From positions 1,056,001 through 1,120,000 of the forward strand of contig OY760935.1 in the NCBI GenBank assembly GCA_963664295.1: a stretch of DNA of 64,000 bases, written 5' to 3'. Shown in pieces: positions 42,028 through 52,397 of this stretch; position 1 is the first letter of the stretch; each line of letters starts with the position of its first letter. The position numbers and the translations under genes are program-made. The DNA is from Candidatus Altimarinota bacterium. Lineage in GTDB: Bacteria; Patescibacteriota; Gracilibacteria; CAIRYL01; GCA-016699755. The notes under the pieces were generated by a model. It saw only the letters and a list, made by a program, of their open reading frames with translations, was not told where the DNA came from and did not search any database.

Positions 42028-42919
42028 AAAAATAATTTGGACTGACCTTGTTAATCCAACAAGAGAAGAGCTTGAAGTGCTACAAAAGCGCTATAGATTT
42101 CACGATCTTGATATTGAAGACACCTTATCTATTCACGAAAGACCAAAAATTGAGGCTCATTCAAAGCATTTATTTTTGATTTTTAAACTTCCTCGCTTTA
42201 ATAAGCGCACTCGACTCATAGAGATCGCAGAATTAAACTTGTTTATGGGTAGTAATTTTGTAATTACTTCACATGAAGGAAAAATTAAGCTTTTAAATCA
42301 AATTTTTGAAGACGCAAAAGGGTCTTTAGTCTCTAGAAAAAGGCTTTTTTCTGAAGGTACTGGTAAGTTTTTGTGGGAACTCCTTAAAACTCTTTTTAGA
42401 GATATTTTTCCAATGGTTGATCGCATGAGCAAAGAGCTTAGAAGAATGGAAAGAGATGTTTTTGAAAGCAAGGTGCTTAGAAATCAATTAAAAGATATTT
42501 TAATTTTTAAAAGAAACTTAATTACCTTACGCAGGATTTTAATACCGCAAAGGGCAGTGATTGAAAGTATTGAAGCTCTTAAAATGCAGTTTTTGCCTGA
42601 CAATTTGGAGATATTTTTTGATGATATTCTTGATAAAATTGAAAAACTAATTGAATCCACAACAAGCTTGCAAGACTTAGTCGATTCTTTGCGTGACACA
42701 AACGAAACTATGCTTACCCATTCTTTGAATAATACCATTCGGGTTTTGACTATTTTTTCAGCAATTTTATTGCCTTTAACCTTTGTTACAGGTTTTTATG
42801 GCATGAACATAGCATTGCCATATCAAGACTACCCCAATATTCATCTTTGGATTATTGGAGGAATGACGCTTTTAAGCGTTTTTATGCTTGTATTTTTTAA
42901 GTGGAGAAAATGGGTTTAA
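42008..42919 (+). CDS. corA: CorA Mg2+ transporter
   Basis: RPKIE, LPLTFVTGFYGMN signature. Confidence 0.93.
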   Translation: MNQVKFKKIIWTDLVNPTREELEVLQKRYRFHDLDIEDTLSIHERPKIEAHSKHLFLIFKLPRFNKRTRLIEIAELNLFMGSNFVITSHEGKIKLLNQIFEDAKGSLVSRKRLFSEGTGKFLWELLKTLFRDIFPMVDRMSKELRRMERDVFESKVLRNQLKDILIFKRNLITLRRILIPQRAVIESIEALKMQFLPDNLEIFFDDILDKIEKLIESTTSLQDLVDSLRDTNETMLTHSLNNTIRVLTIFSAILLPLTFVTGFYGMNIALPYQDYPNIHLWIIGGMTLLSVFMLVFFKWRKWV

Positions 42920-43053
42920 GCCCTATTTAAAGCAATATTTGACAAATAGATTGTTTTATTTTGCCATATTTTTTAGTATGTGCAATCTATAAACATAGAC
43001 ATAAACAGAAAGCTGATATATAATCTGCTGATTTAAAAATAAACACAAAAAAC

Positions 43054-44235
43054 ATGAAAATCAAAAAATTAACCATATTTTTATTGGCTTCAGTACTGGT
43101 TTTGCCAGCTTTGTTTTCTGTTCAACTTGCCCTTGCAGATGGCACGCCAAGAGTTTTTTTAGTTTCAGCGTATTACTCGCCTTTGCCGGATCAAACACAT
43201 TATCTCAGAGGTACTTATGAAGCTGATATTAGGCTAAATGGCAGGGGAACAAACGGAGCAGATGGCACAGCAGTTTATGCAGGCATGATTGCGGCACCAA
43301 AAAATTATGATTTTGGTACTAAAATTGAAATTCCTGGACTTGGTATAGGCACTGTTCATGATCGTGGTGGCGCTATTATTGCTCATCAGGATTATGACCG
43401 TATTGATATTTGGATGGGTCATGGTGATGAGGGTCTTGCGCGCGCTCTTGCTTGGGGTATGCGCACAGTTGAGGGAATTATTTATGACGATTCCAGTATA
43501 GAGGACACATTAGATTTTATGAGTATTAACCCTGCTGATTTTGCTTATATTCCTAAGGCAAAGTCATACACCTCTTTATTGAGAGGTGCAGAAGGCGAAG
43601 AAGTTGCAGAATTACAATCTTCATTAAAAGAGTTAGGTTATTATAATGAAGCAATTACAGGTTATTTTGGAGAATTAACAGAAAAAGCTGTTTTTGATTT
43701 TCAAGTAGCAGAAGGTTTGGTGGGTTCAATGGAATCACCGGGTGCTGGTTGTTATGGTCCCAAAACTCATTCTGCATTAAGTAAAAAAATAGCAAAAATT
43801 ACTCAAGTTGCCACAGAGCAAGCAAAGGTAATTAAAAACCTTTTTCCTGTTGGTATGGGTGAAGGTTTAGAAAGTGATAATGTGCTTAGGCTTCAACTTG
43901 TATTGAAAGATCTTGGCTACTTAAGCGATGAAGCAGATGGCTCTTTTGATAGTGATACAGAAAAAGCTGTTCTAGATTTTCAGCTTTCAAATAATGTAGT
44001 CACATCTAATCAGGACGCAGGAGCAGGCTATTTTGGACCAAAAACACATCAAGCCCTAGTTGACACTTTAGGTGAACGAAAAACAAAAGTAAGTAAATTT
44101 TCACCAGAAATAAAAACAGCTAGCTATACAGGCAGTGGTGAATTAGCTAAAAAAAGCACAATTAGTCAGCCTGCGGAAGTTTATCAACAAGAAACAACAA
44201 CTGCTAATACTGTAAAAATTGCTGTTTTTAATTAA
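43054..44235 (+). CDS. Secreted 3D-domain protein with two peptidoglycan-binding domains
   Basis: SAYYSP...IAAP..YDFGT...DRGGAI...RIDIWMG; two LQ..L..LGY...G.F...T..AV..FQ repeats. Confidence 0.85.
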   Translation: MKIKKLTIFLLASVLVLPALFSVQLALADGTPRVFLVSAYYSPLPDQTHYLRGTYEADIRLNGRGTNGADGTAVYAGMIAAPKNYDFGTKIEIPGLGIGTVHDRGGAIIAHQDYDRIDIWMGHGDEGLARALAWGMRTVEGIIYDDSSIEDTLDFMSINPADFAYIPKAKSYTSLLRGAEGEEVAELQSSLKELGYYNEAITGYFGELTEKAVFDFQVAEGLVGSMESPGAGCYGPKTHSALSKKIAKITQVATEQAKVIKNLFPVGMGEGLESDNVLRLQLVLKDLGYLSDEADGSFDSDTEKAVLDFQLSNNVVTSNQDAGAGYFGPKTHQALVDTLGERKTKVSKFSPEIKTASYTGSGELAKKSTISQPAEVYQQETTTANTVKIAVFN

Positions 44236-44274
44236 AGGATTGCGATTTTTGTTTGCTGATGAGAGAATTTTTTT

Positions 44275-45063
44275 ATGAAAATTTCCACAGCATTAAGAGA
44301 GGCAAAAAAAGAGATAAAAGCATTAGACGCAGAAATTTTATTAGCTTTTGTTTTAGATAAAAATAGGGAATATTTATTTTCTCATAGTGAAGAGGTAGTA
44401 GCACATAAAAAACTGCGTTTTTTCTTTCAATATGTAAATCAAAGAAAAAATCATAAACCAATAGCATATATAATAGGAAATAAAGAATTTTTTGGATTTG
44501 AATTTAATGTGAATGAAAATGTGCTTATTCCAAGGCCAGAAACAGAAACAATAGTGCAAATTTTAATAAACAAGGCACCAAAAAATGCCACCTTATTTGA
44601 TATTGGTACTGGTTCAGGTTGTATTGCAATTAGTACTTTAAAAAATTCTTTGGATTATAATCAGGCGATTTGTGTTGATGTTTCTAAAAAAGCCTTGGAA
44701 CTTGCTCAAAAAAACGCAAAAAAACACAAAATTGAACAAAAAATAAATTTTATAGAAAGTGATTTATTAACAAATATTGAGCAAAATTTATTTAAATCAC
44801 CATTAGTTTTTGCTCTTAATTTGCCATACATAAAAGAAAGCGAAAATTTAATGAAAGATGTTATTGATTATGAGCCACATAGTGCTTTGTTTTCAGGAAA
44901 AGACGGACTTGATTTATATCGTAGATTTTTTGAACAAATAAGAAACATAAATTTTGATTTTATTGTTTTGGAATGTGATCCAGAGCAGAAATTTTTCTTT
45001 GATTCATTGCCCTACAAGAAAGAATTTTACGGAGAAAATAGAATAGTAATGATTTTTCCTTGA
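44275..45063 (+). CDS. prmC: Release factor glutamine methyltransferase
   Basis: PIAYIIG.KEF, VLIPRPETE, DIGTGSGCI, NLPY, EP..ALF.G.DGL. Confidence 0.93.
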   Translation: MKISTALREAKKEIKALDAEILLAFVLDKNREYLFSHSEEVVAHKKLRFFFQYVNQRKNHKPIAYIIGNKEFFGFEFNVNENVLIPRPETETIVQILINKAPKNATLFDIGTGSGCIAISTLKNSLDYNQAICVDVSKKALELAQKNAKKHKIEQKINFIESDLLTNIEQNLFKSPLVFALNLPYIKESENLMKDVIDYEPHSALFSGKDGLDLYRRFFEQIRNINFDFIVLECDPEQKFFFDSLPYKKEFYGENRIVMIFP

Positions 45064-45110
45064 CGAAGAGTGAAAAAAATAGGAGAATGTCTTTCGCTTT
45101 TTTATGTTGT

Positions 45111-45587
45111 ATGTTTGCAGTTATAGAAACCGGTGGAAAACAAGTGCGCGTTGAAAAAGGTGCTAAAATTCGCGTTGAAAAATTACCACAAAAAGAAGGA
45201 GAAAATGTTGTCTTTGAGAATGTACTTTTGTTTGCTGATGACAAAAAAGTTAATGTTGGTCAACCTTATGTTGCTGGCATGGCTGTCAAAGGTAAAGTTC
45301 TTGCTCATGGTCGTGATAAAAAAATTGTAGTATTTAAATTTAAATCAAAAAAACGTTATCAAAAAAAGCAAGGTCACAGACAAAGTTATTCAGAAGTTGA
45401 AATTATTGATTTTGGCAGGGCTACAAGTCCTAAAAAAACAATAAAAGACTTAAAAGAACAAGCTGAAAAAACAGCTCCAAAGAAAGCTGTCACTAAAAAA
45501 GCAAGTCCTAAAAAAACTGCTACAAAAACAACAACAGCAAAAAAAGTAACTCCTAAAAAAACAACAGCTAAGAAAAAAGCAGAATAA
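45111..45587 (+). CDS. rplU: 50S ribosomal protein L21 with Lys/Ala/Thr-rich C-terminal tail
   Basis: MFAVIETGGKQ..V, KQGHRQ; start moved to ATG 45111. Confidence 0.95.
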   Translation: MFAVIETGGKQVRVEKGAKIRVEKLPQKEGENVVFENVLLFADDKKVNVGQPYVAGMAVKGKVLAHGRDKKIVVFKFKSKKRYQKKQGHRQSYSEVEIIDFGRATSPKKTIKDLKEQAEKTAPKKAVTKKASPKKTATKTTTAKKVTPKKTTAKKKAE

Positions 45588-45624
45588 TTTGCTTTTTTCT
45601 AAAAAATTTGAGATAATAAATACG

Positions 45625-45681
45625 ATGAACCTACAAAGAAACTATTTTTACGGATATTGGTTTTTTAGCCCACTGGGGTGA
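45625..45681 (+). CDS. Aromatic-rich attenuator leader peptide MNLQRNYFYGYWFFSPLG
   Basis: 7 of 8 consecutive codons are Tyr/Phe/Trp; lies between a promoter (TTGCTT-17-GATAAT, 45589-45617) and a terminator upstream of an aromatic pathway gene. Confidence 0.85.
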   Translation: MNLQRNYFYGYWFFSPLG

Positions 45682-45746
45682 GGTTCTTTTATTAGTATTA
45701 AGTAAATAATTCCTCGCTTCCAGATAAACAGGGCGAGGATTTTTTT
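45675..45746 (+). promoter_or_regulatory. Transcription attenuator (antiterminator/terminator)
   Basis: Terminator TCCTCGC(45711-17)...GCGAGGA(45733-39)-T7; GGGGTGAGG (45675-83) can pair with CCTCGCTTC (45712-20). Confidence 0.8.
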
Positions 45747-45772
45747 AATTTTGCAAATTTTTTAAAACTAAA

Positions 45773-46570
45773 ATGCTTGGAAAATCAATACGTATGGAGC
45801 GGATAATAGACCGCAATACAAGAAAAACAATCATTGTGCCCATGGATCATGGGTGTACAGTGGGTCCTATCGAAGGACTTTTGGATTTAGGTTCTAGTGT
45901 AGATAAAGTAGCCATGGGAGGCGCGAATGCCGTTGTTGGGCATGTCGGTCTCCCTCGGTATGGTCATCGTCACCATGGAAAAGATGTAGGCTTAATCCTT
46001 CATCTCTCTGCTTCTACCTGTCTTAATCCTACTGATCCAAACGATAAAGTGCTTGTAAATACTGTTGAGCGTGCAATTAAGATGGGTGCTGACGGTGTTT
46101 CTGTGCATGTAAACATTGGCTCAAAGAATGAAAGTAAACAATTAGAAATTTTAGGCAAAATTGCTGGTGATTGTTTAGAGTGGGGTATGCCTCTTTTGGC
46201 GATGATGTATCCACGTGGAGAAGGCCTGACTGCTGATGAAAAGTCTCCAGAAATGGTTAAAATAGCTGCTCGTGTTGGTGCTGAACTTGGAGCTGATTTA
46301 GTAAAAACTTATTACACAGGTGATCCAGAAACAATGAAAGAGGTTGTGGAAGGTTGTCCTGCACCTGTTGTCATTGCTGGTGGATCAAAATTATCTGATG
46401 AAGAAACATTAAAAATGATCCGCGGGGCAATGGATGCTGGCTGTGCAGGTCTTTCTATGGGTAGAAATGCTTTTCAGCATGAAGATCCTGCAAAATTTGT
46501 TCGTGCTGCTGCTTCTATTGTGCATGATGATAAATCTATTGAGGAAGCACTTGCTATCTTAAAAGGATAA
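45773..46570 (+). CDS. DhnA-type class I aldolase, likely 2-amino-3,7-dideoxy-D-threo-hept-6-ulosonate synthase (AroA')
   Basis: [10 protein letters not shown]....[45 protein letters not shown]; aromatic attenuator upstream. Confidence 0.85.
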   Translation: MLGKSIRMERIIDRNTRKTIIVPMDHGCTVGPIEGLLDLGSSVDKVAMGGANAVVGHVGLPRYGHRHHGKDVGLILHLSASTCLNPTDPNDKVLVNTVERAIKMGADGVSVHVNIGSKNESKQLEILGKIAGDCLEWGMPLLAMMYPRGEGLTADEKSPEMVKIAARVGAELGADLVKTYYTGDPETMKEVVEGCPAPVVIAGGSKLSDEETLKMIRGAMDAGCAGLSMGRNAFQHEDPAKFVRAAASIVHDDKSIEEALAILKG

Positions 46571-46594
46571 AAATCATTTTTTATGTAAAAAATT

Positions 46595-46622
46595 AAAACC
46601 AGAGATTAATTTCTCTGGTTTT
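46595..46622 (+). terminator. Hairpin terminator after aldolase
   Basis: aaaaccagaga-ttaatt-tctctggtttt. Confidence 0.8.
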
Positions 46623-46694
46623 AAAATAATATATATTATTTGACATTTATATTTTTATATTGTATAATTATTACGATTTTTTAATAAAACAAAA

Positions 46695-48578
46695 ATGAAA
46701 AATAAAATCCTCAAAAAACTGCAACAGCTTTTAAGCTGTACAGTAGCAAGTATTTTGCTTGCAAGCCTTGTTGTCATACCTGGCGCAAGAGCTGATTTAA
46801 CAAACCTGTCTCTTGTAATAGGCAACACTAACCTTGGTGAAGCAACAGGTACATCAACATTTACCTTTACATCTGATGTTGTTGCTAATGCGGGCGATTT
46901 TCAAATGAATCTCGTTGTTTATGGCTTTGCTGGTAACGACATAGATGGTACAGGTGATAATCATCTTTGGGATCATTGTTCAGCAACTGTTGACGGTTCT
47001 GCTGCTACCATTGTTGAAGATGATGGTGATACATATCTAGAATCATATGATGATAATGTTGATATGTATATCACATTAAATACTGCTGTAGCAGCCACTG
47101 ATGAAGTAGTTGTTTCTTGTGACAGCACTGTTATTGACACTAATCCATCAGCATATGGTTCATATGAGGTGGACTTTGCTGTTGAAGACTTAAATGACTC
47201 TGATTTCTCAGCTGGTACTATTTTTTATTCTTTTCCTCCTCCAGCAGGTCAAATTGCTGTTTTATCAGATGGAAGTGGTGTTTATGTAGCAAATGAAACA
47301 AATCCTTATCAAGGTTATGTTTTAACAAACAGCACAACTGTGCCAGCCAATGGTGAAATCGTAATAACTTATCCAGCAGAATTTACAATGGACGATATTG
47401 TTGACGCTAGTGGTTCAATTATGATGGCTGTAGATGATTTTAATAATATGCAAACTATCACAACAGCAGATCTTACAAGTAATGTTCTTAGTATCACTGT
47501 TCCTAATGAAATTACTGCAGGTAGCGCAATTCTTTTAAGTTTTGCCCCAGGTTTGGTTGATAATGCACCAGCTACTGCAGGTGATTATAGTGTTCAATTT
47601 GAAACTCAAAATGCCTCTGCTACAACTTTAGACACAGGATCTTATGATGTAACAGTTGTTGATGCTGATCTTTCAAGAGGTGGCCCTTCTGATAGAATAT
47701 ATAATTTTTATTTTGCACATACAACTACTATTCCTTCTGGTGGTTCAGTTATGATAACTTTCCCAGAAGAATACACAATGGATGATATTGCTGATGCTAG
47801 TTCTGTAGTAGAGTTATCTGCTGGTTGGTCATCTGTATCAATTTCTTCTGCAAATGTCACAGACAAAGTTTTAACCATTGTTGTTGGCGAAGAGGTTGCA
47901 ACAGGTAGTACTCTTCATGTAGCAACATTAACTGATGCTGTTGTTGACGGTCTTCCTTCTACATCTGGTCAATATGGTATTCAAATTATGAGTAAAGATG
48001 ATGAAGGTGAAACTTTAAACACATGGCTTGCTTATGATGATGTAAATAACTCTGTCACCATCACAGCCACAGTTCAAGAAGCTCTAATTATGACTCTTGA
48101 TGACACTAGTGTTAACCTAAATGTTGATCCTTCTGTTAATAACGGTGAAGACTATTCTCAAAAAACACTACTTAACGTTAAAACTAATGCTGCTAATGGT
48201 TATAAAATCCAAGCACAACTTCAAGACTCAGATACTAACGCTACTTTAAAAAACGGTACACACAACATCAACACAGGTAGTGTTTACGATGGTGCATCAT
48301 ACACTCCAAACACATTCAGTTATGTAGCTTATAACGATGATGAAACAAAAGACAAAGCAGGTCTAAAATCAGACATTGAGTCAGCAAATGGAACAGGAAC
48401 ATTCCAAGCTTCATCATCAGATCTATCACTATACAACGGTACAGCAAGTGGTGTAGGTTTTGCATCAAACACAAACTCACAAGATCACACAATCTACTAC
48501 ATTCTATACGTTGACTACCAAACAGTTGCTGGTATCTACTCAGCTAACGTAATCTACACAGCTTTGCCAACATTTTAA
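46695..48578 (+). CDS. Secreted acidic surface protein with two internal repeats and WxL-like C-terminal domain
   Basis: Signal peptide; repeats TTVPANGEIVITYPAEFTMDD / TTIPSGGSVMITFPEEYTMDD; C-terminus AGIYSANVIYTALPTF. Confidence 0.8.
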   Translation: MKNKILKKLQQLLSCTVASILLASLVVIPGARADLTNLSLVIGNTNLGEATGTSTFTFTSDVVANAGDFQMNLVVYGFAGNDIDGTGDNHLWDHCSATVDGSAATIVEDDGDTYLESYDDNVDMYITLNTAVAATDEVVVSCDSTVIDTNPSAYGSYEVDFAVEDLNDSDFSAGTIFYSFPPPAGQIAVLSDGSGVYVANETNPYQGYVLTNSTTVPANGEIVITYPAEFTMDDIVDASGSIMMAVDDFNNMQTITTADLTSNVLSITVPNEITAGSAILLSFAPGLVDNAPATAGDYSVQFETQNASATTLDTGSYDVTVVDADLSRGGPSDRIYNFYFAHTTTIPSGGSVMITFPEEYTMDDIADASSVVELSAGWSSVSISSANVTDKVLTIVVGEEVATGSTLHVATLTDAVVDGLPSTSGQYGIQIMSKDDEGETLNTWLAYDDVNNSVTITATVQEALIMTLDDTSVNLNVDPSVNNGEDYSQKTLLNVKTNAANGYKIQAQLQDSDTNATLKNGTHNINTGSVYDGASYTPNTFSYVAYNDDETKDKAGLKSDIESANGTGTFQASSSDLSLYNGTASGVGFASNTNSQDHTIYYILYVDYQTVAGIYSANVIYTALPTF

Positions 48579-48606
48579 TCCTAAAATAACAATTAGTTTC
48601 TAAATT

Positions 48607-48643
48607 AAAATAGTCCGAACAATCTGTTCGGACTATTTTTTTT
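48607..48643. terminator. Bidirectional terminator
   Basis: aaaatagtccgaaca-atc-tgttcggactatttt between convergent genes. Confidence 0.88.
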
Positions 48644-48659
48644 ACAACTTAGTTAAAAT

Positions 48660-49265
48660 TTATTTTAAAATTTTATCAATAATTCCAAAGTTTAATGCTT
48701 CTTGTGCATCCATAAAATTATCCCTTTCTGTGCCGTCTTTTACGACATCAATAGGCTGACCTGTGCGTTCAGCTATTAAGTTGTTTAACAAGTCTTTGGT
48801 TTTAATAATATGATTTGCAGCAATAGCAATATCAGTTGCTTGACCCTCTGCGCCACCAAGTGGTTGATGGATCATTACCTCAGAATGAGGAAGGGCAAAT
48901 CTTTTACCTTTTGTACCACCAAGAAGAATAATAGCTCCACCGGAAGCAGCCATGCCCACACAAACAGTAGAAACATCACAAGAAATATGTTGCATAGTAT
49001 CATACATAGCTAAAGTAGCAGTGACACTACCACCAGGAGAATTTACATAAAGAGTAATGTCTTTTTTTGGATTTTCTCTTTCAAGAAAAAGCAATTGAGC
49101 AATCACAGTATTAGCAACATTATTATCAATACCTGTGCCTAAAAAAATAATTCTGTCTTTCAAAAGACGTGAATATATATCATAAGCACGTTCACCTTCA
49201 TGACTTTTATCAATAACAGTAGGAATTAAAGTTGCTTTTGGTGGATTTATTTGTTTTTTATTCAT
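48660..49265 (-). CDS. clpP: ATP-dependent Clp protease proteolytic subunit
   Basis: [36 protein letters not shown]. Confidence 0.97.
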   Translation of the reverse strand: MNKKQINPPKATLIPTVIDKSHEGERAYDIYSRLLKDRIIFLGTGIDNNVANTVIAQLLFLERENPKKDITLYVNSPGGSVTATLAMYDTMQHISCDVSTVCVGMAASGGAIILLGGTKGKRFALPHSEVMIHQPLGGAEGQATDIAIAANHIIKTKDLLNNLIAERTGQPIDVVKDGTERDNFMDAQEALNFGIIDKILK

Positions 49266-49324
49266 GTTTAATAAGATAAATCTTTACCTTATTTTATCAT
49301 AATTACTTAATAATAGCGATAATT

Positions 49325-50116
49325 TTACCTAACTCCACAAATTAAGTTTTGACGATTATTTTCAAGAATAACAATTCTGTTTTGTAATAATTCAATATTA
49401 TATGCAAGCCTTTGTTCCACTGCCAATAAATAGCCTAGGTCAGCACGAAAAATAACCGCTTTTTGTCTTTCTTGTTTATATTCTTTAAAAAATATTTCAC
49501 TATTTTCAGCATGCATTTGTTCTAAATATGCGAAAAAATTAGCTTCAACATTTTTTACTTTTTCGTTAGTTATATTGAGTTTTTCTTCTGTTGTGGCTCT
49601 TTGTTGGCTTACTTGATTTAATTCATTTAATCCCTTTTGTTGAAGACTTTTTAAGTAAACAAGATGCTCATCAATAGCAAGACCTCGATCATAATCATGA
49701 TTAAATTGTTGACTTATATCTAAAGAAAGCACATTGGTAATTTCTTTCAAAACAAGTAATGGCTCAAATTCAGGACTGTAAATTGGTTCTTTATAAGCAA
49801 AATTAGTAGAAACAAAAACAGCATTTTGACCTCCTTTTATTTCTGGATTTGTTGGATAGCTAAAACTTTCACCAATAAAAATGCCCAATTCACTACCACG
49901 AATAGGTTTATTTTGAGTTATTTTTCGAGGATTTGATGCTTGATTTGTTAAAAAAATACCCAATTCACTACCTTGAATATTTTCTTGTTCACTATTTTTT
50001 GATTTAATAAAAAAATTAAGCCCAAATAAACCAATAATAGCAATTACACAGAAAATAATGGTAAAAATACCATAAATTTTTGCCAATTTTGCCAATAATG
50101 TACTTTTTGAAGACAA
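49325..50116 (-). CDS. Hypothetical membrane-anchored coiled-coil protein
   Basis: N-terminal TM, short duplicated GSELGIF motif, helical C-terminus. Confidence 0.7.
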   Translation of the reverse strand: MSSKSTLLAKLAKIYGIFTIIFCVIAIIGLFGLNFFIKSKNSEQENIQGSELGIFLTNQASNPRKITQNKPIRGSELGIFIGESFSYPTNPEIKGGQNAVFVSTNFAYKEPIYSPEFEPLLVLKEITNVLSLDISQQFNHDYDRGLAIDEHLVYLKSLQQKGLNELNQVSQQRATTEEKLNITNEKVKNVEANFFAYLEQMHAENSEIFFKEYKQERQKAVIFRADLGYLLAVEQRLAYNIELLQNRIVILENNRQNLICGVR

Positions 50117-50215
50117 AATTTTTTATAAAATGGTTAATACTTTATAATAAAATATATATTTTGTCAATATAAATATACCTTGTTTTTATTTGTTTAAAGT
50201 TGGCACAATTTAAAT

Positions 50216-50704
50216 ATGAAAAAAATTATTGGAATTGATCCAGGACTAGAAACAACAGGCTTTGCAATTATTGAGCTAGATAAGCAAAAAAAACCACATA
50301 TTTTGGACTGTGGCGTGCTTTTGACAGACAAAAAACAAGCTTTTGAAGATCGCTTGCTGGAAATTGCCACAGAAACAGCAGATTTGATTAAAGAATATAA
50401 GCCAAATTTAATGGCTATTGAAAAATTAGTGTTTGTAAAAAATGTAAGCTCGGGAATTTTAGTCTCTCATGCTAGAGGAGTTGTGCTTGCAGAAGGCGCT
50501 AGAGCAGGTGTGCAAATATTAGAATTACAGCCAACAGAAATTAAAATGAGGGTGACTGGATACGGTAGAGCACCAAAAATACAAGTTCAAACCATGGTGC
50601 AAAAGATTTTTAACTTAGCGCAAATACCAAAACCAGATGATGCCGCAGATGCTTTGGCTATTGCTTATTCAGCTATTGGTGATGATGAGATTATGATTGC
50701 TTAA
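50216..50704 (+). CDS. ruvC: Holliday junction resolvase
   Basis: IIGIDPG, AIE, TGYGRA.K.QV, DDAADALAIA. Confidence 0.96.
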   Translation: MKKIIGIDPGLETTGFAIIELDKQKKPHILDCGVLLTDKKQAFEDRLLEIATETADLIKEYKPNLMAIEKLVFVKNVSSGILVSHARGVVLAEGARAGVQILELQPTEIKMRVTGYGRAPKIQVQTMVQKIFNLAQIPKPDDAADALAIAYSAIGDDEIMIA

Positions 50705-50705
50705 T

Positions 50706-52397
50706 TTACCACTCTCCGAGGATTTTAATAAATTTTGACTTCTTTTTTACACTTTTTAGTGCTTTTTTAACATTCTTTTTTTGTAAATCACCTTCAATAT
50801 CAATAAAAAATATCCATTCACCAAATTTTCGTTTACTTGGACGGGATTCAATTCTGGTTAGATTAATTTTTTCATCAGCAAAATCTTGAAGAACAGAAAG
50901 AAGCGCACCAGGTTCATCTTTTGTTGTAAAAGCAAGTGAAACCCGACCTTCTTTTTTATTGTTCACTTTGAAATCTTTTTTAGAAATCAAAGCAAAACGA
51001 GTTTCGTTTTTTTCTTTATTTTCAATTTCTTTATGAACAATTTTTAATCCTGCATTTTTACTGGCTTGAACAGAAGAAATTGCGCCAATGTTTTTATTTG
51101 CACTTGCTTTCACCTGCCTTACTGCCTCAGCAGTTGAGCTAACTGGTATTTTTATTACTTTTGGATAATGTTTTTTTAAAAAATCACCAGCCTGTGCAAG
51201 TGCCTGCGGGTGAGAATAAATTATTTCAATTTTATCTTTATTTGCATCAGGATGAACCGAAACAGCGTGATTAATTTCCATTTTATACATTGCCACAATT
51301 TTGCTTTTGCCAGCTAGCAAATTATCGAAAGTGGCACTAACTGCTCCTTCAAATTTATTTTCTATTGGTATTAAACCAAGTTTAACTTGATTTTTTTCAA
51401 CAGCAGAAAAAGCTTCCTCAATTGTTTTGCAAAATAATTTTGTTTTATTGGGGAAATATTTTTCACTAGCTATATGAGAATAGGTATCTTTTGGTCCAAG
51501 AATTGCAATATCTGCCTTCTTTTTTTGTCTTTCCCAAACACTTTTTTCTTCTTGTGAAGATATTTTTTCAAAAAGATAGTCAATCACTTGATCGCTTTCG
51601 TCTTGCGCTTTTTGTGTGAATTTTCCTAAATGTTTTTTGCCTTTATTAAAAATTTTTACAAAAGATTTTATGTCTTTTTTTTCTATTATTTTTAATAAGT
51701 CTTCTCCAGAATTTAAAAAACTTTTTATGTGTGAAGGAATTTGTTCGTTTTGAATTTCAATATTAGCATATAAGTAAGGTTCTTGATGCAAAATGCGTCC
51801 CAAAAAATCCATTGTTATTCTGTAAACCGGGCTTTGAAGATCTAGGAATTTTTTAATTGAAGTTTTTTCTTTCGCAAGAGTATAGGCTAGATTGACACTA
51901 ATAAAATGTTGCAAACCCTGAACAATAGCCATTATTTTGTCGTGTTCTTTTGCGGAAATTATTTTTATATTTACCCCTGCTTCTTCAAATATTTTTTGCA
52001 TAAAATTTTGCCATTTTTTGCCTCTACCAGGGGTAAAAACAACAATTTGTCCTTTAATATTATTTGTTGGGCCGAACATAGGATGACAACCAAGCACAGA
52101 GCTTTTTGCAAATTTTAGCATTGTCTTCACAGGATCTTCTTTTGTGGAAGTTAAGTCCATTAGTAAGCCAGATTTTTTTACAAATGGCGCAACTTCTTCA
52201 ATAATTTCTACTGTTTTATCAATAGGCACAGAAACAATTACAATATCACTTTTTTTTGCAAGTTCTTTGTTGCTTAATTTTGTGCGCAAATCAGAAATAA
52301 GCACCTTAAATCCTCGTTTTTCAAAAAATTCTTGAAAAAATAGACCCATGGCGCCTTTGCCACCAATTATCCCTATTACTGGTTTTTTTGTTTTCAT
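50706..52397 (-). CDS. Prephenate dehydrogenase - prephenate dehydratase fusion
   Basis: N-half GIIGG.G.MG, DLTSTK, HPMFGP, HD..MA.VQGL.H (TyrA); C-half LGP..TYS, PIEN..EG, SHPQALAQ, NETRF, ACT with IESRP (PheA). Confidence 0.92.
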   Translation of the reverse strand: MKTKKPVIGIIGGKGAMGLFFQEFFEKRGFKVLISDLRTKLSNKELAKKSDIVIVSVPIDKTVEIIEEVAPFVKKSGLLMDLTSTKEDPVKTMLKFAKSSVLGCHPMFGPTNNIKGQIVVFTPGRGKKWQNFMQKIFEEAGVNIKIISAKEHDKIMAIVQGLQHFISVNLAYTLAKEKTSIKKFLDLQSPVYRITMDFLGRILHQEPYLYANIEIQNEQIPSHIKSFLNSGEDLLKIIEKKDIKSFVKIFNKGKKHLGKFTQKAQDESDQVIDYLFEKISSQEEKSVWERQKKKADIAILGPKDTYSHIASEKYFPNKTKLFCKTIEEAFSAVEKNQVKLGLIPIENKFEGAVSATFDNLLAGKSKIVAMYKMEINHAVSVHPDANKDKIEIIYSHPQALAQAGDFLKKHYPKVIKIPVSSTAEAVRQVKASANKNIGAISSVQASKNAGLKIVHKEIENKEKNETRFALISKKDFKVNNKKEGRVSLAFTTKDEPGALLSVLQDFADEKINLTRIESRPSKRKFGEWIFFIDIEGDLQKKNVKKALKSVKKKSKFIKILGEW

